From contig OZ247587.1 of assembly GCA_965233865.1 (NCBI GenBank), positions 1,312,001 through 1,376,000 of the forward strand: a stretch of DNA of 64,000 nt, in the 5' to 3' direction. Source of the DNA: Candidatus Neptunichlamydia sp. (GTDB lineage Bacteria > Chlamydiota > Chlamydiia > Chlamydiales > Simkaniaceae). Below are positions 8,938 to 18,948 of this stretch, in pieces. Within the stretch, counting starts at the first letter, position 1. Every line of letters starts with the position of its first letter. The notes below the pieces were generated by a model. The model did no database searches, was not told the origin of the DNA, and saw only the letters and a list, made by a program, of their open reading frames with translations. The position numbers and the translations under genes are program-made.

Positions 8938-10572
8938 TTATTGGCAGCTACTATCCTCGAAGTAAGCATACTTGAAATCAACCGACTGCAAGCTAGAAAC
9001 TTTTTCTCCTTTGAGTTTTTGATTCTTGGCGTATCTTTTTCTGAGAGAGCAGACAGGAATAATAGGCATTTCTTCCATAAGCAGAGTCTCTGCCTCTATT
9101 AAAAGACGCTTTCTTTCGCTTTCATCTAATGCATGTTCAGACTTATTAAAAAGCTTCTTAAATTCTGAATGCTCCCAGTTGGTTTTGTTAATATTATTCG
9201 ATCGTTCTTTGAAGGCATTTAGAAAAAACACTGGGTCAAAAACAAATGTCTGAAGAGGAGAAATGCACATCTGATATTGGCCTTTTACTGTTGTGCTGGC
9301 AAATAAGTTATGCTCCACTGCCCTAATGCGAATATTTGTGATACCCAAAACCTGTCTCCATTGGTCTTGCATAGCTTGAGTCATTCTTTTCAGAAGCTCT
9401 ACATCCCCAATGTAAAGAATTTCTATCTCAGGGAGGTGTTCTGTTTTTGTATTCAATTCATCAAGAGCCTGTTTAAGATGCCTTTTTGCTCTATTAGGGT
9501 CATTGTCCTCAAAATATTCATTTGCTTGAAGTCTCATACAATGGGGAATCATTCCTGTACTTGAAGTACCAGTATGATGAAAGATGTTTTCTGCGATGGA
9601 TTTTCTATCTAAAGCATATGCAAGAGCTTTTCTAAAGTTCTTATTATTTAGAGGGTATTCTTCAATATTAAGAGAGATCCAGCATCCTGCAGAATCTGCC
9701 CCTCCTTCTATAAGAACATCTTTTGAAATATCGTAAGACAACCTATAGAAAGGGCTTCCTATCCAATCGAGTTCACCTTTTCGAAACATATTAAGAGCTG
9801 TCGTTCCATCAGGAATAATATAGAAATACACATGTTCAAGCCTTACATTTTCAGCATCCCAATAGTATGCATTCTTCTTAAATATCAATTCTGATTCATG
9901 TTTCCATGAAGTTAGGCAAAAAGGCCCATTGCAGACGATCCCGGGTTTTTCTGCCCAATGAGGATCTTCTTCTGCTATGTGTCTAGGTGCAGGGTAAAAT
10001 AAAGGAGAAGCCACCAGATCAAGAAAATATGCTGCGGGATACTCTAGCTCCACTACAAGAGTCTTATCGTCAGGACATGTAATGCCAATTTCAGATTCAT
10101 CACATTCTCCTAAAATGTATTTTTCTGAGTTTTTGATAGGGTGATAATAGAACGGAGAAATCGTAAGAGACTTAGAATTTGGATCCATACACATTTTCCA
10201 AGCATAGGCAAAGTCTGAAGATTTTACAGGCTCTCCATCATTCCAGTAGCATTCTTTTAGGTAGAATATGTAGGTTCGTTTGTTTGAAGACACTGTATAA
10301 CTTTTTGCAATAGCGGGTTCTACAACATCGTCCTCTCCAAGTCTTGTAAGACCCTCAAAAAGCATGCTAATACCATGTGCAGCGTTGATTTTGGAGCCCT
10401 TAGAAGAGGATGCAAAATTCAGTGTAGAAATATCGGCATTAAGGGCGACTCTAAGCGTATCCTGCGGATGTCGAAGGTCGATGCTTCCTATGTTTATTGC
10501 CTTTTTCATGCCAACACCTATGATGACTAGAAGTAGTACGGCAATAACGATTCTATACTTGATACTGATCAC
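8938..10572 (-). CDS. Oligopeptide ABC substrate-binding protein (family 5, OppA-like), stand-alone
   Basis: LFEGLTR, WNDGEPVKSSDFAYAW, NGPFCL, RKALAYALDR, MPIIP motifs. Confidence 0.9.
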   Translation of the reverse strand: MISIKYRIVIAVLLLVIIGVGMKKAINIGSIDLRHPQDTLRVALNADISTLNFASSSKGSKINAAHGISMLFEGLTRLGEDDVVEPAIAKSYTVSSNKRTYIFYLKECYWNDGEPVKSSDFAYAWKMCMDPNSKSLTISPFYYHPIKNSEKYILGECDESEIGITCPDDKTLVVELEYPAAYFLDLVASPLFYPAPRHIAEEDPHWAEKPGIVCNGPFCLTSWKHESELIFKKNAYYWDAENVRLEHVYFYIIPDGTTALNMFRKGELDWIGSPFYRLSYDISKDVLIEGGADSAGCWISLNIEEYPLNNKNFRKALAYALDRKSIAENIFHHTGTSSTGMIPHCMRLQANEYFEDNDPNRAKRHLKQALDELNTKTEHLPEIEILYIGDVELLKRMTQAMQDQWRQVLGITNIRIRAVEHNLFASTTVKGQYQMCISPLQTFVFDPVFFLNAFKERSNNINKTNWEHSEFKKLFNKSEHALDESERKRLLIEAETLLMEEMPIIPVCSLRKRYAKNQKLKGEKVSSLQSVDFKYAYFEDSSCQ

Positions 10573-10725
10573 GTAGCACCATCAAAAATTTCATTGGGAT
10601 AACGATAGTCCTAAAGATTTTTTTTTGTCTACTCTATAAGCTGCTTAGCTTTTCTATAGCGATTAAAATCTGTCTTGGGTAGGTACGCTGTCTAGTTTAC
10701 AGGAAGCGTTTTTCTGCCAACTGAT

Positions 10726-12033
10726 TTAACGCGATTTAATTACAAGAATTTCTTCAGAAATGGGGCTGCCAGCACTACTCAAAGCAACCACTCGGTAGGT
10801 ATAAGTCTTCTTTGATTTCAGATTATTATCTGTAAATTTCAAAGTACCTTGGCCTTGCACTGTTCCAACTAACTTTGAATCTCTATAAATTCGGAAGGTG
10901 CCTTTTGCAGAAGAGTTCCAGGAGAGTTTAACAAATATGTTACTTTCGGTTAAAAAATTCTCCTTCCCTGTTTTTCCGGATACAGAAAAGTCTATATCTG
11001 GATCTACATTTGGATTGGGAATAACTGTTACCCAAAAGGGTGCAGTAAGAATTGAAAAAGGGTCGCCAATCAGTCCTGTGACAGCTTGAGTGGCAACATC
11101 TATAATAGAAACAGAGGCGCCATTACTATCTGCTACAAAAACAGTTGTTCCATCCGAGGTAATCGCAATCCCCCTTGGTTTCGAGAAGGGACTAAGGGCA
11201 TCATTTACAAGACCTGTGGTAGCTTGAGTAGCAACGTCTATAATAGAGACAGTACCATTATTTATGTTTGAGACAAAAGCAGTTGTTCCATCTGGGGTAA
11301 TTGCAGCAAAAATGGGTTCATCAAAAGGGGCAAGAGCGTCATTTACAAGTCTAGTAACAGACTGAGTTGCAACATTCACCACAGAAACGGTGTTGTTGTT
11401 TTGATTTATGACAAGAGCAGTTGTTCCATCTGGGGTAATTGCAGCAGAAGTGGGTTGATCAAAAGGGCCGAGAGCGTCATCTACAAGTCCGATAACAGAC
11501 TGAGTTGCAACATTAACAATAGAAACGGTGTCATTATCATTTCCTACAAAAATGGTTGTCCCATCAGGAGTGATGGATAGAGTGTTAGGACTAGAGAACG
11601 GTCCGGAAGCATCACTTACTATTCCGGTAATCGTTCGAGTGGCAACATCCATGACAGCAACAATGTTGTTTCCTTCGTTTACTATAAAAGCAGTTGTTCC
11701 GTCCAAGCTATAAATAGCCATATTCGGTCTATCAAAAGGAGCAAAGGTGTCATCTACAATTCCAGTAGCAGTATGTGTTGCAATGTCTATGACGGATATC
11801 GTGCTGTTATTTCTATTTGGGACAAAAGCAGTGGTTTTATCGGGTGTAATAGTCACTATAAAAGGGCCGCTAAAGGGACCAAGAATGTCATTTACAGTTC
11901 CTATAATAGTTTGCGTCGCGGCATCTACAATAGAAACAGAATCCCCAACAGTGTTTGTGACTAGGTAGTTAGGAAAAAGACTTATGCAGTTGAAAACCAA
12001 AGCAAACAAAGTAACCTTAAAAAACTGTCTCAT
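10726..12033 (-). CDS. Secreted YVTN/YncE-type beta-propeller repeat protein with C-terminal FN3-like domain
   Basis: Signal peptide, about seven ~46-aa repeats (TVSIIDVATQ..PF..P..AITPDGTTAFV), C-terminal LSW..FRIYRD..FTD..YTYRVVA. Confidence 0.85.
   Translation of the reverse strand: MRQFFKVTLFALVFNCISLFPNYLVTNTVGDSVSIVDAATQTIIGTVNDILGPFSGPFIVTITPDKTTAFVPNRNNSTISVIDIATHTATGIVDDTFAPFDRPNMAIYSLDGTTAFIVNEGNNIVAVMDVATRTITGIVSDASGPFSSPNTLSITPDGTTIFVGNDNDTVSIVNVATQSVIGLVDDALGPFDQPTSAAITPDGTTALVINQNNNTVSVVNVATQSVTRLVNDALAPFDEPIFAAITPDGTTAFVSNINNGTVSIIDVATQATTGLVNDALSPFSKPRGIAITSDGTTVFVADSNGASVSIIDVATQAVTGLIGDPFSILTAPFWVTVIPNPNVDPDIDFSVSGKTGKENFLTESNIFVKLSWNSSAKGTFRIYRDSKLVGTVQGQGTLKFTDNNLKSKKTYTYRVVALSSAGSPISEEILVIKSR
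11279..11554. repeat. 138-bp near-identical tandem duplication within the beta-propeller gene
   Basis: GCAGTTGTTCCATCTGGGGTAATTGCAGCA starts at 11279 and 11417; ACAGACTGAGTTGCAACATT occurs in both units. Confidence 0.85.
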
Positions 12034-12254
12034 GATTGCATCCTCTTGAATGTTTCAGACGCGTGATGATAATTTATAAAAAATGTTTTAATCAAGTCTT
12101 TTTAGCGCTCAGAGAATTTAGAAGCTTCGATAGAAGAGAACTGAGGCAAAGGCGCGATGTGGCAATCCTTACAACCTTGATACTTAAATAATCCATAATT
12201 ACTTTATATTTAGTAGCTTGTGAATAAGAAAACAAACTTTTAAAGCATTTATAG

Positions 12255-13544
12255 TTAAATAACTAAATTGCTTGAGATAATAGTGTTAGAGGTAACAATA
12301 ATAATGCCGTCACGGATATAGATGCCGTCACCATCGTAGGTTTCTACTCCATTTTCGTTAGTGAGGCGCACATTGTTGCCAATTTTAACATCTTGGTCGA
12401 TGATGGCTTTCTCGATGTAGCAGTTTTCTCCGATTTCATAAGAGATTGAGGCATCACCGGTTTTGGTGAAAGTTTTGTTTCCAAGGAGGATCGAACCACG
12501 AATAATTGTTCCTTTACGAACAACGGAGCGTATTCCAATGATGCTGTGAGTAATCTCCTCAGCTTCAAGAACGGCTCCATCGCAGATGACAGAATCAATA
12601 ACAGTGGTTTCTGTCAGCCTTGCGCCTGGAAGGTGGTGATTATGTGCATAGATAGGAAGGACTTCATTATATAGGTTAAGTCCGAGTGAGTTGGTTGTTA
12701 GGGAGAGGCTTGCATCATAGTAGGAGGAAATCGTTCCAATATCTTCCCAATACCCTTGGTAAAGGAATGCCGCGGCTTTACCATTCTTTAGTTGAGTGGG
12801 GATCATATGTTTTCCAAAGTCTTCTCGGGGATCTTTTTTAAGGAGAGAAATCAAAACATCCTTTTTAAAAACGTAGATTCCCATTGATGCTAAAAAACAG
12901 GGAGGGTTTCCGCAATGGATATCATGATTCATTACAAAATCATCTGAGAGTTTGAATTGCTTAAGAACGGTAGGATCCTTGGGCTTTTCCTTGAATTCTA
13001 TGATATTGCAGTCTTTATCAATATTAAGAAGCCCTAGACGAGGAGCTGCGATTTGATCAACGGGAAGTGAGGCAATTGTGAGGTCGGCATCCTTATCATA
13101 GGCAAACTGAACCATTTCCTGAAGGTCCATGTTGTAAAGCTGATCTCCGGAGAGGATCAGAAAATAGTCGATGGGGAGTTGTGTTAACGTTTCAATATTT
13201 TGCCTCACTGCATCTGCCGTTCCTTCATACCATATCTTTCCATCTGGGCGCTCTTCTGGTGTAAGTAGATTAAAGCTTCCTCCTTGAAACTGATCTAGTG
13301 GGTAGGTTTCTTTAATATGCTGGTTCAAACTGGAAGAAAAGTATTGAGAGATAACATAGATATGATTCATCCTGGAGTTGAGAGAGTTAGAGATTGGAAT
13401 ATCGATAAGACGATAGCGTCCACCGAAATTTACAGCGGGTTTACATTGATTTTGAGTTAAAGGAAATAAGCGCGTGCCCTGCCCTCCAGCGAGTATAACA
13501 CACGCAACACGATCTGTAATATTGAATCCCTTCTTTAGAGCCAC
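12255..13544 (-). CDS. glgC: Glucose-1-phosphate adenylyltransferase
   Basis: ILAGGQGTRLFPLT, KPAVNFGGRYRLIDIP, GTADAV, FKEKP, ASMGIY, YWEDIGT. Confidence 0.97.
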   Translation of the reverse strand: MALKKGFNITDRVACVILAGGQGTRLFPLTQNQCKPAVNFGGRYRLIDIPISNSLNSRMNHIYVISQYFSSSLNQHIKETYPLDQFQGGSFNLLTPEERPDGKIWYEGTADAVRQNIETLTQLPIDYFLILSGDQLYNMDLQEMVQFAYDKDADLTIASLPVDQIAAPRLGLLNIDKDCNIIEFKEKPKDPTVLKQFKLSDDFVMNHDIHCGNPPCFLASMGIYVFKKDVLISLLKKDPREDFGKHMIPTQLKNGKAAAFLYQGYWEDIGTISSYYDASLSLTTNSLGLNLYNEVLPIYAHNHHLPGARLTETTVIDSVICDGAVLEAEEITHSIIGIRSVVRKGTIIRGSILLGNKTFTKTGDASISYEIGENCYIEKAIIDQDVKIGNNVRLTNENGVETYDGDGIYIRDGIIIVTSNTIISSNLVI

Positions 13545-13620
13545 TTGTTCTTTCCCACCTTATATACTGTCCTATATCTAAAGGAGGGAGGAAAATCAAT
13601 GGCTGAATTAAAGAAACTAG

Positions 13621-14496
13621 TTAGATCGGCTTCTTCCAGTTTTTTATGACGACCATCATTTCATCTTGAATCGATTTCGAGAGACCGTTTGTTTTGGAGA
13701 CATGGGTAAACCGCTCTTGAAGTGAACCTTTGGTCAGGTCTGAACACGCAAAGATTAAGTAACCTGCAAAAAGAGGGTGTTTGAGGGTTGTTTCTTTTTC
13801 AAGGACTTCTAATGCAGCGGTGGCGATCTCATCATCTTCTGAGAATCCAGAAAGAGCGATGGCTGCATATTCATTGTCTTTCGAAAGAGGCTCTTGTTTG
13901 AGACGTTTAATAAGGAAGGATTTTGAGCGATTACCGAAGGAGACTAAGGCTAAAATGATTTCTTCGTCGGTAAAAAAGTTTTCCTGTCCAAGTGCTTCAA
14001 AAAGAGGAGGAATCGCTCTTTCATCTTGAATTTTTGCTAAGCACTTTGCTGCAAAAATGGGGCTGCGACCATACCCAGGGTAAAGGGGATCATAAAATAC
14101 ACGAGAAGAGATAAGGTGAATGAGGGCTGTAACTGAGTCTTTTCCTTGTTCTACAAGGGCTTGAATTTCTTTTTCTGGGTGGTGCTCTTCAGAAAGAATG
14201 AGGTCGCTAATTAGCTTTTCACCTTTTTGATCATAAACTTCGCGGAGTTGGTGGTAAATTCTTTTTGACTCTTCAATACTATCTTTTGCTGCATCGGGAA
14301 GGTAAACCTCGGCTAAATTTTGCTTATGATCAAGCTCAATTTTCTGTAGGTATTCAATTTGCTCAATATCAAAATCGGGCATCACTCCCACGCCATCTTG
14401 ACCGTAATATTCCAGCATGATTTCAAAGCTTCCTCCAAAGTGGATATCGCGGTGCATTAAAATTTCCATATCAACAGTATCAATCACATCATGCAT
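13621..14496 (-). CDS. HEAT-repeat-like hypothetical protein
   Basis: AAKCLAKIQDERAIPPLFEAL HEAT-like helices; start overlaps the lipA stop. Confidence 0.75.
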   Translation of the reverse strand: MHDVIDTVDMEILMHRDIHFGGSFEIMLEYYGQDGVGVMPDFDIEQIEYLQKIELDHKQNLAEVYLPDAAKDSIEESKRIYHQLREVYDQKGEKLISDLILSEEHHPEKEIQALVEQGKDSVTALIHLISSRVFYDPLYPGYGRSPIFAAKCLAKIQDERAIPPLFEALGQENFFTDEEIILALVSFGNRSKSFLIKRLKQEPLSKDNEYAAIALSGFSEDDEIATAALEVLEKETTLKHPLFAGYLIFACSDLTKGSLQERFTHVSKTNGLSKSIQDEMMVVIKNWKKPI

Positions 14497-15442
14497 GAGA
14501 AGTTTCTCCTTTGAAGGCTTTGTCTTTTAATAGAGAGGCATTGTAACTCGAGCGGACAAAAGGTCCAGAGTACATATATTTCACCCCAATACTGAGTCCA
14601 TACTCCTCAAGCATTTTGAACTCTCCGGGAGTGATAAATGATTTTACCAGGAGCTTGTTTTTGTTTGGTTGAAGGTATTGGCCGATAGTTATAATTTCGC
14701 ATCCAACGCTATGGAGATCATCGATTGTTTCTTTCACCTCATCTAGTGTTTCTCCAAGTCCCACCATGATCCCTGATTTCACAAAGGGAACAATATTTTG
14801 ATTTTTTACGTAGCGGAGGACATTAAGCGTTCTTTCATATGTGGCTTTATGACGCACGCGCGGCGTCATTCGTTTGACTGTTTCAATATTGTGGTTAAAG
14901 ATCTCAGGTTTTGCATCAATGACAATATCAAGGAGCTTTTCATCACCTGAAAAGTCTGAAGTTAATACTTCGACGGTTGCCTCGATATTTTCTTCGTGAA
15001 TAGTCTGAATAATTTTAGCAATGTGGTTTGCTCCTTGGTCAGGAAGGTCATCACGTGCCACCATTGTGATTACAATATGGCGCAGACCCAATGCCTTTAC
15101 CGATTGCACAATCCGTATGGGTTCGTCAGCCTCTGGCGCTTTGGGTTTTTTTGCAAAGTCGATGTCGCAAAATCCACAAGCTCGTGTACAAGCGCTTCCA
15201 AGCGCTAAAAAAGTTGCTGTTTTATTAGAATAACATTCTAAACGGTTAGGACATTTTGCTTCTTCGCAAACAGTGCTTAGCCCGCTCTTTTTTAAGATTT
15301 CATTCGTTTGGAAAAGCTCTTTTCCTCGCGGAAGTTTTCGGTGCAACCAAGACGGAAACCGTCCCTTTGCTCCATCGGAGTTTTCTGGAAGACGATTAAT
15401 CTTAGGCTGTTTTGGGCGGTTGTCGAATAGCTCCTTAGTCAA
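14489..15442 (-). CDS. lipA: Lipoyl synthase
   Basis: CEEAKCPNRLEC and CTRACGFC clusters, VRSSY. Confidence 0.98.
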   Translation of the reverse strand: MTKELFDNRPKQPKINRLPENSDGAKGRFPSWLHRKLPRGKELFQTNEILKKSGLSTVCEEAKCPNRLECYSNKTATFLALGSACTRACGFCDIDFAKKPKAPEADEPIRIVQSVKALGLRHIVITMVARDDLPDQGANHIAKIIQTIHEENIEATVEVLTSDFSGDEKLLDIVIDAKPEIFNHNIETVKRMTPRVRHKATYERTLNVLRYVKNQNIVPFVKSGIMVGLGETLDEVKETIDDLHSVGCEIITIGQYLQPNKNKLLVKSFITPGEFKMLEEYGLSIGVKYMYSGPFVRSSYNASLLKDKAFKGETSHA

Positions 15443-15443
15443 A

Positions 15444-16853
15444 TTATCCCCTAGGTTTTATCTTTGGAGGAAAATGGATGGGGGTCTCATTTGCAAGGAA
15501 AGATGCCTCAAGCCATGCCTCAGGAATTGTAGGATGCGCATGAATTGTATCTGTAACGCAATCTAAGGTGAGCTCGTTATTTATTGCAAGAGCCATCTCA
15601 GCAATCATTGCCGATGCTTCGTGCCCAATGACTTGCGCGCCGTAAATCTCCCCTGTGTTTTGATCAGAAATTACTTGCGCAAATCCATCAGTCTCATTGG
15701 TTGCTATTGACTTTCCAAGAGCCTGAAAAGGGAAGGTCCCAATACGAATGTGGAGTCCTTTTTCTTTGGCTTCTTCAGCAGTAAGCCCAACCATTGCAAT
15801 TTCAGGGTGGGTAAAAATAACTGCAGGAATGGCGTTGTAATGAATGAATGCTTCTTGTCCACAAGCATTTGCTGCGGCAACAATCCCTTGATGAGAGGCA
15901 ACATGAGCAAGCATCGCAATTGCAGTAATATCTCCGATTGCATAGATTCCCGGGACATGGGTTTCCATTCTGTCGTTGACTTGGATAGCCCCTTTAGGCC
16001 CAGGTTTTAGACCCGCTTTTTCGAGGTCGAGCCCTTCTGAGTTTAGGCGCCTGCCTACAGAAACAATAGCCTTTTCGACTTCGAGAGATTCTCCACCCTT
16101 GAAGTGAACAACAAGGCTGGTTCCTTTCTTTTCAACTTTCTCAACAGCAGTATTTGTTTTGAGTTCGATTCCTTGTTTAGTGAATGCAGCGGTGAGTGCA
16201 TCAGAAATTGTTTTTCCCTGCGCTGCAATAATTGCTGGGAGGGCTTCAATAATCGTGACCTTCACCCCAAACTCTGCAAAAAGGGAAGCAAATTCACATC
16301 CAATATACCCGCCCCCAATGATTGCCATTGATTTCGGAAGCTCGGTGAGTTCGAGTGCAGAGGTTGAGTTTAGAATTATGTTATGGTCACAAGGAAAGGC
16401 AGGGATGTTAATGGGTTCAGAGCCCGTTGCAATAATGATTTTCTCTGCATAGATAAGAGCATTATCTTCTCCCTTAACTTTTAATTCTTTTGGTGACTGA
16501 AACTGAGCCATTCCCTGGAAAATTGTAATACCATTCGACTTCAATAAACCACCAAGACTTCCTCGAATTTTGCTGACAACCTGGTCCTTTCGCTCTTTCA
16601 TTTTTTTATAGTCGAATGTAACATTCTCTGCTTTGATTCCAAAATCTTCAGCATGTTTGATCTTATTGAAAATGCTTGCATTCGAAAGAAGAGATTTTGA
16701 AGGGATACATCCAACATTCAAACAGGTCCCTCCTAAATATTCTTTCTCGATAAGGGCAACTTTTTTCCCCATCTGCGCCGCTTTAATCGCAGCGACATAA
16801 CCGCCCGGTCCAGCACCGATTACAGCTAAGTCAAACTTTTGTTTTCCGGTCAT
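15444..16853 (-). CDS. lpdA: Dihydrolipoyl dehydrogenase
   Basis: GAGPGGY, GGTCLNVGCIP redox disulfide, HAHPT. Confidence 0.98.
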   Translation of the reverse strand: MTGKQKFDLAVIGAGPGGYVAAIKAAQMGKKVALIEKEYLGGTCLNVGCIPSKSLLSNASIFNKIKHAEDFGIKAENVTFDYKKMKERKDQVVSKIRGSLGGLLKSNGITIFQGMAQFQSPKELKVKGEDNALIYAEKIIIATGSEPINIPAFPCDHNIILNSTSALELTELPKSMAIIGGGYIGCEFASLFAEFGVKVTIIEALPAIIAAQGKTISDALTAAFTKQGIELKTNTAVEKVEKKGTSLVVHFKGGESLEVEKAIVSVGRRLNSEGLDLEKAGLKPGPKGAIQVNDRMETHVPGIYAIGDITAIAMLAHVASHQGIVAAANACGQEAFIHYNAIPAVIFTHPEIAMVGLTAEEAKEKGLHIRIGTFPFQALGKSIATNETDGFAQVISDQNTGEIYGAQVIGHEASAMIAEMALAINNELTLDCVTDTIHAHPTIPEAWLEASFLANETPIHFPPKIKPRG

Positions 16854-16988
16854 TCCATTCTCCTAAAATTGATAGGCCTATAGTACCTTTATTCAACCAA
16901 AATGTAAATGGACATAGAGATAATTTTACTTTCCCTATGAAGAGAAATACGTTAAGATGAGATTAACAGAATAAATTTGGACCCAAGA

Positions 16989-17591
16989 ATGAAACAGGTA
17001 GATAGGACAAAAGTTTGTTGGAATTGTGAAGCAGATGTGAGTCACCAAGCAACCTATTGCCCTTTTTGTGGAACCGATTTATTGACATCGTCTGTTGAAC
17101 CATCAAAAACATCTGCTCCATCTCAAGATCAAAAATTTGTGGATCAAACGCTTCAAGAAAGTTTAGCTTCTTTATACAAGCCGCCCTATTCCATTCGTAA
17201 TAGGCAAGGGCTTGGCGTTCCCGATGAGAGGGAAGAAACATCTTTTAAGGAAGCAGAGCCTACGAGAGAAAATCCTCTTTTCCAATCCTATGAGCAGATG
17301 GACATCGAAGATCATGTACTTTCTCCCTCTCTTGCTCCAGCTCCAGCCCAACATATGGAGGTTGTAGAAGAAGAAGAGATTACTCGTCGGGGAAATATTC
17401 TCCCTCTGCTATTTTTAATGATTGGTGCACATCTTTGTACGCTTGGAATGCTTCTTCTTTTTTGTTCTAAAAATGGGGTTGTTACCCTCCAGTGGAGCAA
17501 TCAGTTTTGGTTTCTTTACTGTCTCATTAGTGCACCTCTTCTATACTTTGGGGGGCGCATGCTAAAACCTATGAATACGCCCCATAGCTAG
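16989..17591 (+). CDS. Zinc-ribbon membrane protein (conserved chlamydial hypothetical)
   Basis: N-terminal CWNC...CPFC, two C-terminal TM helices; divergent from lpdA. Confidence 0.8.
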   Translation: MKQVDRTKVCWNCEADVSHQATYCPFCGTDLLTSSVEPSKTSAPSQDQKFVDQTLQESLASLYKPPYSIRNRQGLGVPDEREETSFKEAEPTRENPLFQSYEQMDIEDHVLSPSLAPAPAQHMEVVEEEEITRRGNILPLLFLMIGAHLCTLGMLLLFCSKNGVVTLQWSNQFWFLYCLISAPLLYFGGRMLKPMNTPHS

Positions 17592-17806
17592 TATGTTAGG
17601 CATAGAACACGCTCTAAAAACATTATATTAGTTCTAATGACAAAAAAATAAAATTTAGTTTTTCTTCTGGCCTCAGACCTAGAGATCTCCTCATTGAATG
17701 AGTAGTATCATCAAAAAATGGTACATGCTGAAGAGTTGATTATCGAGATTTATGAGAACATTGAGCAATCCGAATCTCAGATTTCAAAGCTAGAAGAGCA
17801 TGAATA

Positions 17807-17841
17807 ATATCATTTATCAAAAATCACTTAGTGAATGGTAT
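17807..17841. repeat. 35-bp palindromic repeat, copy 1
   Basis: ATATCATTTATCAAAAATCACTTAGTGAATGGTAT; 30/35 identical to copy 2. Confidence 0.75.
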
Positions 17842-17917
17842 AGCTAGCAATAAATCGGAATCTCCTCTAGAATGAGGCGATTAGGTATGAATAATTTGAT
17901 TTTGTATAGGAGATAAA

Positions 17918-18238
17918 ATGGCCGAAAGTTCAATTCAAGAAGTAAATGATGATGGGTTTGATGCCCTAATCAAAGAAGGGGTAACACTCATTGATTTTTT
18001 TGCTGAGTGGTGTGGTCCCTGTCGGATGCTTGCACCAGTTCTTGCTGAAGTTGCTGGAGAACTATCTGGAAAGGTGAAATTTGCTAAGCTTGATATCGAC
18101 AACAATCATGTAACAGCCAAAGCGCACCACGTGACCTCGGTACCAACAATGATTCTTTATAAAAATGGAGAAGAGGTAAACCGTCTTGTGGGCCTGCGTG
18201 ATGCAGCAGCTCTGAAAGACTTTGCTCTCTCAGCATAG
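17918..18238 (+). CDS. trxA: Thioredoxin
   Basis: WCGPC active site; AGGAG RBS. Confidence 0.97.
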   Translation: MAESSIQEVNDDGFDALIKEGVTLIDFFAEWCGPCRMLAPVLAEVAGELSGKVKFAKLDIDNNHVTAKAHHVTSVPTMILYKNGEEVNRLVGLRDAAALKDFALSA

Positions 18239-18243
18239 TATAG

Positions 18244-18450
18244 ATGGGGCGTTTGATTATTTTAGTGGGCGTTTGTCTGATTGTTATCGGAACGCTCATA
18301 ACACTTCATATACCAATGAATTGGATTGGGTATTTGCCTGGAGATTTCTCTTTAGAGTGGGGAGGCACAAGAATCTTTGTTCCCATTACTACATCAATTG
18401 TTTTTAGCTTTATGCTGTCGGTTTTACTCTTTCTTTTTTCAAAGCGGTGA
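18244..18450 (+). CDS. DUF2905-like small membrane protein
   Basis: Two TM segments with GYLPGDF..FVPITTSI signature. Confidence 0.8.
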   Translation: MGRLIILVGVCLIVIGTLITLHIPMNWIGYLPGDFSLEWGGTRIFVPITTSIVFSFMLSVLLFLFSKR

Positions 18451-18889
18451 ATTCGTTTTGCCTTAGTGCTTCATAAAGAACGATAGCGGCTGAATTTGAT
18501 AGGTTGAGACAGCGACTTCCTTTTTGCATTGGAATGGTAAAAAAATGCTCAGGCCACCTCTTGTAAAACTCAGGAGCAAGTCCCGATACTTCAGATCCAA
18601 AGATTAGAATCGCATCCTCCTCAAAGGAGGCATTACTATAGGGGACTTCTCCTTTACTCGAGAAAAAATAGAAAGGAAGAAGTGACTTTACTAGGTATTC
18701 GATCAGATCATCGATGATAGTTACCTTGGTCCCTTCCCAATAATCTAACCCTGCACGTCTCAAGCTTTTATCATCGGTTTTAAATCCTAATGGCTTAACT
18801 AAAATAAGCTCACTCCCTGTTGCGTGGCAGGTCCGGACAATATTTCCGGTATTCGCAGGAATTTGAGGCTGAAACAATATAATAATCAT
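18410..18889 (-). CDS. trmL: tRNA (cytidine/uridine-34 2'-O)-methyltransferase
   Basis: PQIPANTGNIVRTC, RRAGLDYW, FGSE, RCLNLSN SPOUT motifs. Confidence 0.95.
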   Translation of the reverse strand: MIIILFQPQIPANTGNIVRTCHATGSELILVKPLGFKTDDKSLRRAGLDYWEGTKVTIIDDLIEYLVKSLLPFYFFSSKGEVPYSNASFEEDAILIFGSEVSGLAPEFYKRWPEHFFTIPMQKGSRCLNLSNSAAIVLYEALRQNEFTALKKERVKPTA

Positions 18890-18948
18890 AATAAATTGAA
18901 GGCTCTCAACTCCAATAAGGAAGCTGAGAGCTTAGAGTGGTAAAAAAT

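Noticed and set aside
11279..11554. Tandem repeats as a CRISPR array
   Set aside because: 138-bp in-frame coding repeats with no spacer structure and no cas genes
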